The notes below the pieces were generated by a model that searched no databases, had not been told where the DNA came from, and worked only from the letters and a program-made list of their open reading frames with translations. This document shows, one piece after another, positions 42,101-51,612 of a stretch of 64,000 nt of DNA. Both the position numbers and the translations under genes were made by a program. Location of the stretch: assembly GCA_965660855.1 (NCBI GenBank), contig CBFIBM010000002.1, forward strand, positions 32,001 through 96,000, given 5' to 3'. Every line of letters starts with the position of its first letter. The stretch's first letter is position 1. The DNA comes from an uncultured bacterium (GTDB taxonomy: Bacteria; Fidelibacterota; Marinisomatia; Marinisomatales; UBA1611).

Positions 42101-42450
42101 TATTTATTGAAACAGAAGCTAATTCAGGATTTGCTGCTGCAAGTGATAGTGGTATTACAGTAGGTCTTCAAATTGAGTTAACAGAGGATTTAATTCTTGA
42201 GGGCAAGGTAAGAGATATTGTTCGTAAAGTACAATCCATGAGGAAAAATGCAGGATTTGCGGTAGAGGATAGAATAAAAGTTAGTTGGGATTTTGATGGC
42301 CAAATGTTAGATGCTGTAACTAAATTCAAAGACTATTTTTTAACTGAAACACTTACTAGAGTAGTGTCGAAAAATCTGTCTGATGCTAACTACAGTGAAG
42401 AGTATGAAGTAGATAATAATATATACTTATTGAAAATTAAAAAGGTATAA
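39154..42450 (+). CDS. ileS: Isoleucine--tRNA ligase (type 2)
   Basis: DGPITAN, GVHH (HIGH variant), WTTTPWTL, GTGIVHMAP, DMHKS (KMSKS variant), long type-2 C-terminus; upstream of lspA. Confidence 0.95.
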   Translation: MSIKKVDNKVDFISEEHKVLKFWKENNTFDKRRKLNIGKPKWSFIDGPITANNPMGVHHAWGRSLKDIYNRYKAMKGFDLRYQNGFDCQGLWVEIEVEKELGFKSKKDVEDFGIEKFVNLCKERVKKYSKIQTEQSKRLGYWMDWDNSYYTMSDENNYTIWSFLKKLWKKGKIYKGTDVVPWSGRSGTSYSQMEIIEGRKLVAHTSVFVRFPIKGKKKEYLLIWTTTPWTLSSNVVAGVNINLDYIKIKTHDGSIYYFAEENLEFKRLEKQFQDKKQWVEGVPKLKTLHQIFNERGGYEKCGTLKGSEMVGWQYTAPYDDFDAQKELGGYPICNDDLKKEGLSASTSHRVINPGKDSIGGDIVVAGEGTGIVHMAPGCGDIDHKIGKKLNLLNIAPLDDESRFLNKFGWLSGKIATSKETTKEIINDLKERDFLVYAEEYPHVYPHCWRSGDELVFRLVDEWYINMDWRGKIKSIVDDINWIPEWGNEREHEWLDNMGDWMISKKRFWGLALPIWVFEDGSFYVVGSKDELKSLCVDGWDDFQGNSPHRPWIDKIKIRHPKTGLIGQRIKDVGNPWLDAGIVPFSTLKYSTDKNYWADWFPGDFVTECFPGQFRNWFYSLLAMSAELEGKAPFKTLLGHALVKDETGRDMHKSWGNAIWFDDAAEKMGVDVMRWMYSIQNVEQNLLFGYTIADEVRKKMITLWNVYSFYATYASVDGFSPEENILKIDSLSLLDRWIISKTHLLLENSQESFDEYRVDRFMKAFEIYLEELSNWYIRRSRRRFWKSEDDEDKKNAYITLYHVLSVSIKCVAPILPFITETIYQNLIKNSENSVPESIHLCDFPQPNSSYIDHQLMKNVDSLKKCVELGRSARSQNNIKIRQPLGKVLFAIEDNDIAEFFNQNKEIILDELNVKSINRITEKDDLIKYKVKPNLRTLGQRYGKGLSEIKIILNETDPSLLVSSLHNNNEIDLGKGKYILTRQDIFIETEANSGFAAASDSGITVGLQIELTEDLILEGKVRDIVRKVQSMRKNAGFAVEDRIKVSWDFDGQMLDAVTKFKDYFLTETLTRVVSKNLSDANYSEEYEVDNNIYLLKIKKV

Positions 42451-42463
42451 GGAGAATCTTAAA

Positions 42464-42856
42464 ATGGCTTCAAAAAAATACTCAAAAACTAAATTAGAAT
42501 TTTTTAGAAAAAGTATTGAAAAAAAAATTAATAATGTTGCTAATGAATTAGACGATATAAAAGATACATTAGATACCAATACCAGAGGGACTGCAAGTCT
42601 TTCTCAGGACTCTGTTTATAGCGTTCATATGGCAGATGCTGGCACTGATTCTTTTGAAAGAGAAAAAGGTTTTCACTTTATGAATAGAGAAACTGATTAT
42701 CATAAATTACTAGTCAAAGCATTACAAAGAATAGAAGATGGTACTTTTGGTGTTTGTAAGATTTGTAATGAACTGATTGTTGAAGAAAGAATGTTAGAAG
42801 TTCCAAATGCTACAAAATGTGTTAAGTGTAAGGAAAATGAAAAGCTAAATATTTAA
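42464..42856 (+). CDS. TraR/DksA-family C4 zinc-finger protein
   Basis: Coiled coil with HMADAGTD tip, ALQRIEDGTFGVCKIC...CVKC. Confidence 0.9.
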   Translation: MASKKYSKTKLEFFRKSIEKKINNVANELDDIKDTLDTNTRGTASLSQDSVYSVHMADAGTDSFEREKGFHFMNRETDYHKLLVKALQRIEDGTFGVCKICNELIVEERMLEVPNATKCVKCKENEKLNI

Positions 42857-42857
42857 T

Positions 42858-43334
42858 ATGTATTTGGCTATTCTCATCACTTTTATAGTTGCCATAGATC
42901 AATGGTCAAAGTGGTTAATAAGATCTAAGTTCTCTCTTTATCAATCTAAGCCAATAATTCAGGATTTTTTCCATTTTACATATGTTACAAATGAAGGAAT
43001 GGCGTTTGGACTTGAATTACCTGGTGGTAAATTAATTTTATTAATTTTAACTGTAATATTAACAATTTTTCTTGCTTTTTACCTCTACAGTGAGAAAGAT
43101 GGACATCCACTTTCAAAATATGGTTTAGCATTAATTTTAAGCGGTGCTATAGGTAATTTAATTGATAGAGCTTTTTTTGGAAAAGTGGTGGATTTTTTGG
43201 ATTTTATGATTGGTGATTTTCATTGGTATGTATTCAATGTTGCGGATTCTTCAGTAACAATTGGAATGGTTCTTTATATTATTTATTCAATTATGGAAGA
43301 AAAATTAAACTCAATAAAACAAACCCCAATCTGA
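42858..43334 (+). CDS. lspA: Lipoprotein signal peptidase II
   Basis: DQWSK, NEGMAFG, GNLIDR, VVDF, FNVAD. Confidence 0.96.
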   Translation: MYLAILITFIVAIDQWSKWLIRSKFSLYQSKPIIQDFFHFTYVTNEGMAFGLELPGGKLILLILTVILTIFLAFYLYSEKDGHPLSKYGLALILSGAIGNLIDRAFFGKVVDFLDFMIGDFHWYVFNVADSSVTIGMVLYIIYSIMEEKLNSIKQTPI

Positions 43335-44302
43335 TTCTATTTACTATTCTCCATAAAGAAGATGTTGGTAAAAGACTAGATAGATATTTAGTTCAAAAAA
43401 TAAAAAATGAATCAAGATCAAAAATTCAAAATTGGATACGATCAAAATTAGTTCTCGTAAATAAACTACACAAAAAAACAGGTTATTTATTAGAACTCGA
43501 AGATGAAATTCGGCTCAAAATACCAGATTCCCCTCCAATCAATAGTGAAAAACCAGAGCCGATAGAACTAAATATTGTTTATGAAGATGATGAAATAGCC
43601 GTAATAGATAAACCTTCAGGTTTAGTTGTTCATTCTGGTATTTCTAATACATCTGGAACTCTTGTAAATGGTCTCCTTTTTCATTTTAAATCATTATCAG
43701 CAGGAAATCAATCTTTTAGACCTGGTATAATTCATAGATTAGACAAAGAAACATCAGGTGTTATCGTTATTGCAAAAACAGATTTTGCTCATTCAAAAAT
43801 AAGCAAACAGTTTCAAAATAGAGAGGTTGAAAAGAAGTATATTGCTTTAACATGGGGACAATGGGAAAAAAAACATGGTTTTATAGATTTTTCAATTGGA
43901 CGTAATCGTAAAGAGCCAACATCTTTTATTATCGATGAAAAAGGAAAAGCATCTTTAACAAAATATTCTGTGGAAAAACAATTTCGACATTTAGCACTAG
44001 TATCCTTTTTTCCAAAAACAGGAAGGACGCATCAAATAAGAGTTCACTCTTCTTCTTTGGGGCATCCTATTTTTGGGGACGGTAAGTATGGTGGAGGCGT
44101 ATCAAAAGCAAAAGGATATTTACCTGAGTTCACAAATTTTTATAAAAAGAATATTAAAGAATTAGATCGACACGTTTTACATGCGAAAGAAATTAAATTT
44201 AAACACCCTAAAAATAATAAAATTATGAATTTTAAGGCGCAATTACCTAAAGAGATATTAAATTTGATTAATTCATTAGAAACACTTTATGAAAAAAAAT
44301 AA
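43223..44302 (+). CDS. rluD: RluA-family pseudouridine synthase (RluD-like); real start probably near 43331
   Basis: S4 domain RLDRYL...SRS, DKPSGLVVH, HRLDKETSG, TGRTHQIRVH. Confidence 0.88.
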   Translation: MVCIQCCGFFSNNWNGSLYYLFNYGRKIKLNKTNPNLILFTILHKEDVGKRLDRYLVQKIKNESRSKIQNWIRSKLVLVNKLHKKTGYLLELEDEIRLKIPDSPPINSEKPEPIELNIVYEDDEIAVIDKPSGLVVHSGISNTSGTLVNGLLFHFKSLSAGNQSFRPGIIHRLDKETSGVIVIAKTDFAHSKISKQFQNREVEKKYIALTWGQWEKKHGFIDFSIGRNRKEPTSFIIDEKGKASLTKYSVEKQFRHLALVSFFPKTGRTHQIRVHSSSLGHPIFGDGKYGGGVSKAKGYLPEFTNFYKKNIKELDRHVLHAKEIKFKHPKNNKIMNFKAQLPKEILNLINSLETLYEKK

Positions 44303-45299
44303 CAATTCAACCTTTCATGAATTTCTAGTATTCATTAAAAAAGAGCGAGGATATAGTCTCAACACTATTGATGCATACAAAACAGATATCAAAAAGTTCA
44401 ATTGTTTCCTTTTACAATATTTTGATTCATCAAATATTGATTATAAAAAAGTAGACAAATGGGCTTTGAGGAATTTTTTTGGAAAAGAAGAAGAAGAAGG
44501 TATCAGTAGTAAGTCACGTAGGCGGAGATTATCTAGTATAAGGACTTTCTTTAAGTTTTTAAATAGAGAGAATAAAATTACTAAAAATCCAGCGTTAGAT
44601 ATTTCATTACCAGCAATTAATAAAAATATTCCCTTTATAATACCAAAAGAGAGTCCAAACCCAAATGATAAAACAGGAAAAACAAAAATAGATAATATCC
44701 AAGCACTCGTTAATCAACCTAATATAGATTATCAAAAAAGTAAAATAGAAAAAAAGGAGAGAAAAGGTGCATACCTTAGAATGCTTAGAAATACTGCTAT
44801 ATTAGAACTGTTTTATGCAACAGGTATTCGTTTAAGTGAGCTAGTGAACTTAAATATCAACTCGTTTAATGTAAATGAAATGTTACTTAAGGTGAGAGGA
44901 AAGGGAGATAAAGAAAGATTAATTCCATTTGGTAGAAAAGCAATGAACTCTATTTCTCATTATTTAGATGAAAGATCTTTGAATTGGGATTCAAATGGTG
45001 AAAGGCCTATTTTTTGTGGTTGGGGTGAAAAAAGAATTTCTCAAAGGTTAGTTCAATTAATCTTAAAAGATTATCTTTCCACAATTCTAAGGTCAATTGA
45101 TATTAGAAATCCCAAAGGAACTAGTCCTCACACTATTAGACATACATTTGCAACACATTTATTAGAGGCTGATGTAGATATTAGAATCATACAAGAACTT
45201 TTAGGGCATAGTAGTATAAGTTCAACACAAATATATACCAAAGTTGATACTAAAAAATTAATTGAAATTTATAAAGAATCACACCCTCATGGTTCCTAA
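44289..45299 (+). CDS. xerC: Tyrosine recombinase, XerC/XerD type
   Basis: ERGYSLNT..AY N-domain, GIRLSEL, GKGDKER, HTIRH, LLGH, TQIY; housekeeping context. XerC vs XerD not certain. Confidence 0.8.
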   Translation: MKKNNNSTFHEFLVFIKKERGYSLNTIDAYKTDIKKFNCFLLQYFDSSNIDYKKVDKWALRNFFGKEEEEGISSKSRRRRLSSIRTFFKFLNRENKITKNPALDISLPAINKNIPFIIPKESPNPNDKTGKTKIDNIQALVNQPNIDYQKSKIEKKERKGAYLRMLRNTAILELFYATGIRLSELVNLNINSFNVNEMLLKVRGKGDKERLIPFGRKAMNSISHYLDERSLNWDSNGERPIFCGWGEKRISQRLVQLILKDYLSTILRSIDIRNPKGTSPHTIRHTFATHLLEADVDIRIIQELLGHSSISSTQIYTKVDTKKLIEIYKESHPHGS

Positions 45300-45314
45300 A
45301 AGGAGTAGTTTTTT

Positions 45315-46937
45315 ATGATAAATAATGAAAATATAAATTTAAAAGTCTTAGGATTAAAAAATCAAAAAAAGATATGCAGAAATTTACCAGTTGAATTATT
45401 AATTGATGATATCATTAATAATAATGAAGGTATTGTAGGACCAAAAGGATCAGTGTTGGTAGATACGGGGATATATACTGGGAGATCTCCTAAGGATAAA
45501 TATTTTGTTGAAGAATCATCTTCAAAAGATAAAATATGGTGGGGAGAGGTTAATAAAAAAATATCAAACGATACTTTTGATATCCTTTATAAAAAAGTAG
45601 TACAACATTATAATGAAGAGGGCTCATCGAATACGTATATATTTGATGGATTTGCCGGTGCTGATAAAGAACATACTTTGAATGTTAGGTTTATTGCAAA
45701 AAAAGCGTGGCAATCACATTTTGTGCATAACATGTTTATTAGGCCAAACAACAATGATTTAGATGATTTTCAGCCTGGATTTACTATCATTAATGCATCA
45801 GAGGTATACAATGAAGATTTTAAAAAATTAGGTATGCACTCTGAAACTTTTATAGTATTTCATTTAGAAAAGAGAATCGCTATAATTGGAGGAACTGAAT
45901 ATGGAGGAGAAATGAAGAAAGGTATTTTTTCAGTTTTACATTATCTCCTTCCACAGAAGAATATCCTCTCAATGCATTGTTCAGCAAATGTTGATCATAA
46001 CTATGAGAATACTGCAATATTTTTTGGACTTTCTGGAACAGGAAAAACTACTCTAAGTACTGATCCTAATCGTCCTTTAATAGGTGATGATGAGCATGGA
46101 TGGTCAGATAATGGAGTTTTTAATTTTGAAGGTGGTTGCTATGCTAAACTTATTAACTTAGATCCAAATGAAGAGCCTGATATTTTTGGGGCAATAAGGC
46201 AAGGAGCATTGGTAGAAAATGTAGTTTATAATGAAAAAAAACAAGAAATTGATTTTTCAGATGGGTCAAAAACACAGAATACAAGAGTTTCATACCCAAT
46301 TAGTCATATCGAAAATTCTGTTTCAAATAAAGGGAAAGAGAGTATTGCAGGCCATCCGGAAAAAATAATTTTTCTCACTTGTGATGCCTATGGAGTTTTA
46401 CCACCAACAGCAAAACTAAATCCAAACCAAGCAATGTATCATTTCATCAGCGGTTATACTGCAAAAATTGCAGGAACTGAATTGGGCGTCAATAAACCTT
46501 TGGCAACATTTTCTCCTTGTTTTGGAGGACCTTTTCTAACCCTTCATCCCTTAAAATATGCGGAGTTATTAAAAAATAAAATTGAACAATTTAATACTAA
46601 GATTTATATGGTAAATACTGGTTGGGTTGGAAGTGATGCAAGCTCTGGTTCAAAACGTTTTAGTCTACCAAAAACTCGTTTAATTATAAATTCCATTTTA
46701 AGTGGTGATATTGAATCTTCAGATTTTACTATAGATCATTATTTTGGCTTTAAAATACCAAAAAAGATAGATGGGATAGAAAGTAGTTTATTAAACCCTA
46801 TAGCTGCTTGGAGAGATTTTAAAAGCTATAAAACTGCGGCAGAAAAATTAGTGCTAAAGTTTCAAGAAAATTACGAAAAATATGATTTAGGTGATAAAAT
46901 GGTAGCTTTGGGAGGTCCTAGAATTCCAAAAGAATAA
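45315..46937 (+). CDS. pckA: Phosphoenolpyruvate carboxykinase (ATP)
   Basis: TGRSPKDK, YGGEMKKG, GLSGTGKTTLS, IGDDEHGW, FEGGCYAK. Confidence 0.97.
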   Translation: MINNENINLKVLGLKNQKKICRNLPVELLIDDIINNNEGIVGPKGSVLVDTGIYTGRSPKDKYFVEESSSKDKIWWGEVNKKISNDTFDILYKKVVQHYNEEGSSNTYIFDGFAGADKEHTLNVRFIAKKAWQSHFVHNMFIRPNNNDLDDFQPGFTIINASEVYNEDFKKLGMHSETFIVFHLEKRIAIIGGTEYGGEMKKGIFSVLHYLLPQKNILSMHCSANVDHNYENTAIFFGLSGTGKTTLSTDPNRPLIGDDEHGWSDNGVFNFEGGCYAKLINLDPNEEPDIFGAIRQGALVENVVYNEKKQEIDFSDGSKTQNTRVSYPISHIENSVSNKGKESIAGHPEKIIFLTCDAYGVLPPTAKLNPNQAMYHFISGYTAKIAGTELGVNKPLATFSPCFGGPFLTLHPLKYAELLKNKIEQFNTKIYMVNTGWVGSDASSGSKRFSLPKTRLIINSILSGDIESSDFTIDHYFGFKIPKKIDGIESSLLNPIAAWRDFKSYKTAAEKLVLKFQENYEKYDLGDKMVALGGPRIPKE

Positions 46938-46982
46938 TAAAATTTATAATTTTTTTTTGTTTTTTATTTTCTTAATTTATGT

Positions 46983-47030
46983 AGTCGGTTTTGAACCATA
47001 TTGCTCGACTTTAAAATAGCTAAAAAGGTT
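46983..47030 (+). promoter_or_regulatory. SAM-II-class riboswitch aptamer
   Basis: P1 AGTCGG/TCGACT, loop TTTTGAACCATATTGC, 3' TAGCTAAAAAGG; AACC can pair with GGTT (pseudoknot); sits upstream of the metH-metK-ahcY operon. Confidence 0.85.
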
Positions 47031-47037
47031 TTATAAT

Positions 47038-47064
47038 AAGCCGGTTTAGTGCCGGTTTTTTTTT
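47038..47064 (+). terminator. Riboswitch-associated intrinsic terminator
   Basis: AAGCCGG-TTTAGTG-CCGGTTT with a 9-T run ending directly at the metH ATG. Confidence 0.8.
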
Positions 47065-50000
47065 ATGCAAAAATTAGAACAATTATTAAAAGAAAATATT
47101 TTAGTTATGGATGGTGCGATGGGTACCATGATCCAAGAATATAAATTAGAAGAACTTGATTTTAGAGGTGAACAGTTTCTTAATCATCATTCTGATTTAA
47201 AAGGTAACAATGATATTCTATCCATCACGCGCCCGGATATTATTGAAAAGATACATGATAGTTATCTTAAATCAGGTGCAGATATAATTGAGACTAATTC
47301 TTTTAATTCAACTAGTATATCACAAGCAGACTATGGTTTAGAGAATATAGTTTATGAATTGAATAAATGTTCTGCAAAACTAGCAGTATCTGCATGTAAA
47401 AAATACAATGTCAAAAATAACAATAAGCCTCGTTTTGTTTGTGGTTCTATTGGACCAACAAATAAAACTGCATCTATGAGTCCAGATGTGTCTAGTCCTG
47501 GTTTTAGAAATATTGATTTTGATGAGCTAAAAGACTCTTACTCTGAACAGATTAGAGGCTTAATTGATGGTGGTGTAGATTTACTACTCATAGAAACTGT
47601 ATTTGACACACTTAATTGTAAAGCAGCAATTTTTGCAGTAGATACAGTTTTTGAAGAAAAGGAAGTTAACATACCATTAATGATTTCTGGTACAATAACT
47701 GATGCCAGTGGACGGCTCCTATCTGGTCAAACGGTTGAAGCTTTCTGGCATTCAATAAGACATGCTAATTTAATTGCTGTGGGCCTCAACTGTGCATTAG
47801 GTGCAGAGCAAATGAGGCCTTATATTCATGAATTTTCTAAAATAGCAGATACAAATATATTAGTGTACCCTAATGCAGGTTTACCTAATGAGTTTGGAGG
47901 CTATGATGAAAGTCCAAAAGATATGGCAGTCTATCTTGAAGAATTTGCATCATCAGGATTAGTTAACATAATTGGCGGATGCTGTGGAACAAGCCCAGGG
48001 CATATTTTTGAATTTTCTAATTCAATAAAAAATTTAAAACCACGTCAAATTCCATCTTTTGAGCCTTTGACAAAGTTAAGTGGTTTAGAATCAGTTACAA
48101 TTCGTTCTGAATCTAATTTCATTAATATTGGGGAAAGAACAAACGTAACAGGATCAATAAAATTCAAAAGATTAATTAAAGAAGATAAATATGATGAAGC
48201 ATTATCTGTGGCACTTGATCAAGTTAAAAATGGTGCACAAATAATAGATGTTAATATGGATGAAGGTCTTATTGATGGTGAAAAAGCTATGGTTAAATTT
48301 TTACGATTAATTGCAGCTGAGCCTGATATCTCTAAAGTGCCGATCATGATAGACTCTTCTAAATGGTCAGTAATTGAAGAGGGCTTGAAGAATATCCAAG
48401 GGAAGGGTATTGTTAATTCAATCTCATTAAAAGAAGGTGAAGAAGAATTTATAAGGCAAGCTAGACTTGTGAGGAAATATGGAGCTTCTGTTATTGTAAT
48501 GGCTTTTGATGAAAAAGGACAAGCAGATAGTTACAAAAGGAAGATAGAAATTTGTAAACGAGCATATAATATTTTAACAGGTATAGTTAAAATTGATCCA
48601 GAAGATATTATTTTTGATCCTAATATTTTTGCAATAGCGACTGGAATAGAGGAACATAATCAATACGGCAAAGCATTTATTGAAGCTTCAAGATTTATAA
48701 AAAAGAAAATGCCTTATTCACATGTAAGCGGTGGGGTTAGTAACCTTTCCTTTTCTTTTCGTGGTAATAATGGAGTAAGGGAGGCAATGCATTCATGCTT
48801 TCTTTATCATGCAACCCAAAATGGAATGGATATGGGTATTGTAAATCCAGGCCAACTTACATTATATGATGACATAGATGAAAAATTGAAGGAAGCAATA
48901 GAGGATGTTTTATTTAATCGCAATCAAAATGCTACTGAAAATTTAGTTGTTATAGCTGAGAATTATAGAGGTGTGAAAAAGAATAAAATAGTAGAAAACA
49001 AATGGCGTTCTCTTCCAATTTTTGAACGCCTTGCGTACTCGTTAGTGGAGGGAATAGATCAGTTTATAATTGAAGATACTGAATTAGCTAGGAAAAATTT
49101 AAAAAAACCAATTGATGTAATTGAAGGTCCATTAATGGATGGTATGAATAAGGTAGGTGATTTATTTGGGTCTGGAAAGATGTTTTTACCACAGGTTGTA
49201 AAGTCAGCAAGAGTGATGAAAAAATCAGTTGGTTATCTAGTTCCTTTCATTGAAAAAGAGAAAAAGCATAATAATATTAAGCAAGCAACCAATGGAACAA
49301 TAGTGTTAGCAACTGTGAAAGGGGATGTTCATGATATTGGCAAAAATATTGTTGGAGTTGTTTTAGGTTGTAATGGATATAATATTATTGATTTAGGTGT
49401 AATGGTAGCTACAGACAAAATTATCAATGCAGCAATCGAATCAAAAGCAGATATTTTAGGACTTTCTGGCCTAATCACACCTAGCCTTGAGGAGATGGTA
49501 TATGTTGCATCGGAAATGAAAAGAAGAAATCTCAATATTCCATTATTGATTGGTGGAGCAACTACAAGTAAAAAACATACTGCTGTAAAGATTGATGAAA
49601 AATATCCCAGGAATGTATTTCATGTTTTAGATGCAAGTAGATGTGTAGGTGTTGTATCCAAGTTGCTGAAACCAAAGGAAAAAAGAATTTTCATAAGTGA
49701 AATGAGAGATGAATATGAGACATTAAGAGATAACTTTTATGAAAGTCAGAAGTCTTTTAAGTTTTTAACTTTGAATGAAGCTAGGTTAAATAAACCAAGC
49801 TTAAGTTATAATCCATATCTACCTAAAAATTTTGGTATAAAGTGTTTTGAATCAATTCCTTTGAAAAAACTGGTAAATTATATTGATTGGGCACCATTCT
49901 TTCATGCTTGGGAACTGCATGGTAGTTTTCCCAAAATTCTCGATGATGAGAAGATAGGATCTGAAGCAAAAAAACTTTTCGATGATGGTAAGAAAATGTT

Positions 50001-50628
50001 AAATATGATTGTTGAAAAAAATCTATTAGTTGCAAAAGGTATTTATGGTCTTTTTTCTGCTAAATCAAACTTTGAAGAAGTAATAATTAAAGAAAAAAAT
50101 ATTAAATTTAAATTTCCACGACAACTTATAGATAAAGGGAAAAATCCTAATTTTTGTTTAGCAGATTATATCTCATCAGAAAATGAAGATTGTATTGGAC
50201 TTTTCGCCGTAACTGCTGGACATGGTTTAAAGAAAATTGTTGATGTGTATGAAAAAGATTTAGATGATTATAATGCTATAATGGCTAAAGTTCTTGCAGA
50301 CAGGCTTGCTGAAGCTGCAGCTGAGTGGATGCATGAATATGTAAGAAAAATAGGTTGGGGTTATGATAAGAATGAATCGGTAAATTTTGAAGAAATGTTA
50401 AAAGAAAAATATATTGGAATTAGACCTGCTCCTGGATATCCTGCATGCCCTTCTCATGAAGAAAAAGATAAAATATGGAGTCTTTTAAATATAGAAAAAA
50501 GAATAGGGATTTCTTTAACTGAATCTCGTGCAATGCTGCCCACTGCATCAGTTTCGGGATGGTATTTTTCGCATCCTGAGTCTCGATATTTTAGTGTTTT
50601 AAAAAATGAGTTGAAAAATGAGAATTAA
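47065..50628 (+). CDS. metH: Cobalamin-dependent methionine synthase
   Basis: [30 protein letters not shown]12 motif, [10 protein letters not shown]. Confidence 0.98.
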   Translation: MQKLEQLLKENILVMDGAMGTMIQEYKLEELDFRGEQFLNHHSDLKGNNDILSITRPDIIEKIHDSYLKSGADIIETNSFNSTSISQADYGLENIVYELNKCSAKLAVSACKKYNVKNNNKPRFVCGSIGPTNKTASMSPDVSSPGFRNIDFDELKDSYSEQIRGLIDGGVDLLLIETVFDTLNCKAAIFAVDTVFEEKEVNIPLMISGTITDASGRLLSGQTVEAFWHSIRHANLIAVGLNCALGAEQMRPYIHEFSKIADTNILVYPNAGLPNEFGGYDESPKDMAVYLEEFASSGLVNIIGGCCGTSPGHIFEFSNSIKNLKPRQIPSFEPLTKLSGLESVTIRSESNFINIGERTNVTGSIKFKRLIKEDKYDEALSVALDQVKNGAQIIDVNMDEGLIDGEKAMVKFLRLIAAEPDISKVPIMIDSSKWSVIEEGLKNIQGKGIVNSISLKEGEEEFIRQARLVRKYGASVIVMAFDEKGQADSYKRKIEICKRAYNILTGIVKIDPEDIIFDPNIFAIATGIEEHNQYGKAFIEASRFIKKKMPYSHVSGGVSNLSFSFRGNNGVREAMHSCFLYHATQNGMDMGIVNPGQLTLYDDIDEKLKEAIEDVLFNRNQNATENLVVIAENYRGVKKNKIVENKWRSLPIFERLAYSLVEGIDQFIIEDTELARKNLKKPIDVIEGPLMDGMNKVGDLFGSGKMFLPQVVKSARVMKKSVGYLVPFIEKEKKHNNIKQATNGTIVLATVKGDVHDIGKNIVGVVLGCNGYNIIDLGVMVATDKIINAAIESKADILGLSGLITPSLEEMVYVASEMKRRNLNIPLLIGGATTSKKHTAVKIDEKYPRNVFHVLDASRCVGVVSKLLKPKEKRIFISEMRDEYETLRDNFYESQKSFKFLTLNEARLNKPSLSYNPYLPKNFGIKCFESIPLKKLVNYIDWAPFFHAWELHGSFPKILDDEKIGSEAKKLFDDGKKMLNMIVEKNLLVAKGIYGLFSAKSNFEEVIIKEKNIKFKFPRQLIDKGKNPNFCLADYISSENEDCIGLFAVTAGHGLKKIVDVYEKDLDDYNAIMAKVLADRLAEAAAEWMHEYVRKIGWGYDKNESVNFEEMLKEKYIGIRPAPGYPACPSHEEKDKIWSLLNIEKRIGISLTESRAMLPTASVSGWYFSHPESRYFSVLKNELKNEN

Positions 50629-51565
50629 AGATAAAATAAAAAAACCACAAAGGCCAGTGGTCGCCTACGAAATTTTGCCGCCAAGGGAAAAGGATGGTAC
50701 TCTTAACTCTTACGCTGAGACTATTAGTTCCCTTTTATCTCAAACCCATATAGATGCAATAAATATCCCGGAAGTACATGATGAGGCAGGAAGAGGAGAT
50801 CGGCCTGTAGCAAATCATGAAAGAGGTGAACCTCGTAAATTTGGTTCACTTCTTCAAGATATTGTAGGAATTGAATCTATAGTCAATAGGGTTGTTGTTC
50901 ATGAAAAATTTGAAGTTCAAAAAAACTGGATCAAAGAAACAAATAAAAAATATGAAATTGAAAACTTAATAATAGTAGGTGGTGAATCCAGTTCAATTTC
51001 TTATCCAGGACCATCAGTTAATCAAGCATTGAAATATATTAAAGAGTCTTATAACCAACTTAGTGGAAATATCCTTTCCGGTTGTATCGCAATTCCTAGC
51101 AGGAAAAATGAATCTCAAAACTTATTAAAAAAAAGCCATAATGGTGCAGAATTTTTCACGACTCAGGTACTTTATGATTCAAATAATATAATAAAAATGA
51201 TTAATAATTATCAAAATTTATGTAATGTAGATAAAACCTTTCCAAGAAGAATATTATTAAGCTTTGCTCCTGTATCATCTCAAAAAAACATTAATTTTTT
51301 AAAATGGCTTGGAGTTGAAATTCCTATCGAAACAGAAAGGTATCTACAAGCTAGACCTGGTTCGATGTCAGAAAGATCTTTAGATGTTGCAATCGAGGTT
51401 CTGAACGAGGTACTTGATTATATCATAGAAAAAAAGTTAAAAGTTCCCATTGGCTTAAATATAGAGCATATCATGTCTTATAATTTTCAATATTCAGTTG
51501 AAATGCTTCAAGAATTAGCAAGAATTTATCGTGAATTTTGTATTAAGACTAAACAATATAATTAA
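50618..51565 (+). CDS. Methylenetetrahydrofolate reductase-like protein, resembling the mycobacterial flavin-independent type
   Basis: [39 protein letters not shown]; located between metH and metK. Confidence 0.75.
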   Translation: MRIKDKIKKPQRPVVAYEILPPREKDGTLNSYAETISSLLSQTHIDAINIPEVHDEAGRGDRPVANHERGEPRKFGSLLQDIVGIESIVNRVVVHEKFEVQKNWIKETNKKYEIENLIIVGGESSSISYPGPSVNQALKYIKESYNQLSGNILSGCIAIPSRKNESQNLLKKSHNGAEFFTTQVLYDSNNIIKMINNYQNLCNVDKTFPRRILLSFAPVSSQKNINFLKWLGVEIPIETERYLQARPGSMSERSLDVAIEVLNEVLDYIIEKKLKVPIGLNIEHIMSYNFQYSVEMLQELARIYREFCIKTKQYN

Positions 51566-51612
51566 TTAATATTGCCACCGAATATGGTAAAAAAAAAGGG
51601 TAGAGGCTAAAA

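Noticed and set aside
42464..42856. Calling this gene canonical dksA
   Set aside because: The coiled-coil tip reads HMADAG rather than DxxDxA, so only the family-level call is supported.
44289..45299. Tyrosine recombinase as a prophage or integron integrase
   Set aside because: Embedded among housekeeping genes, overlapping rluD; no att repeats, tRNA, cargo or phage genes nearby.
51566..51612. Second riboswitch before metK (TTGCCA/TGGTAA hairpin)
   Set aside because: Only a weak 6-bp stem followed by an A-run; no SAM or SAH aptamer consensus recognised.
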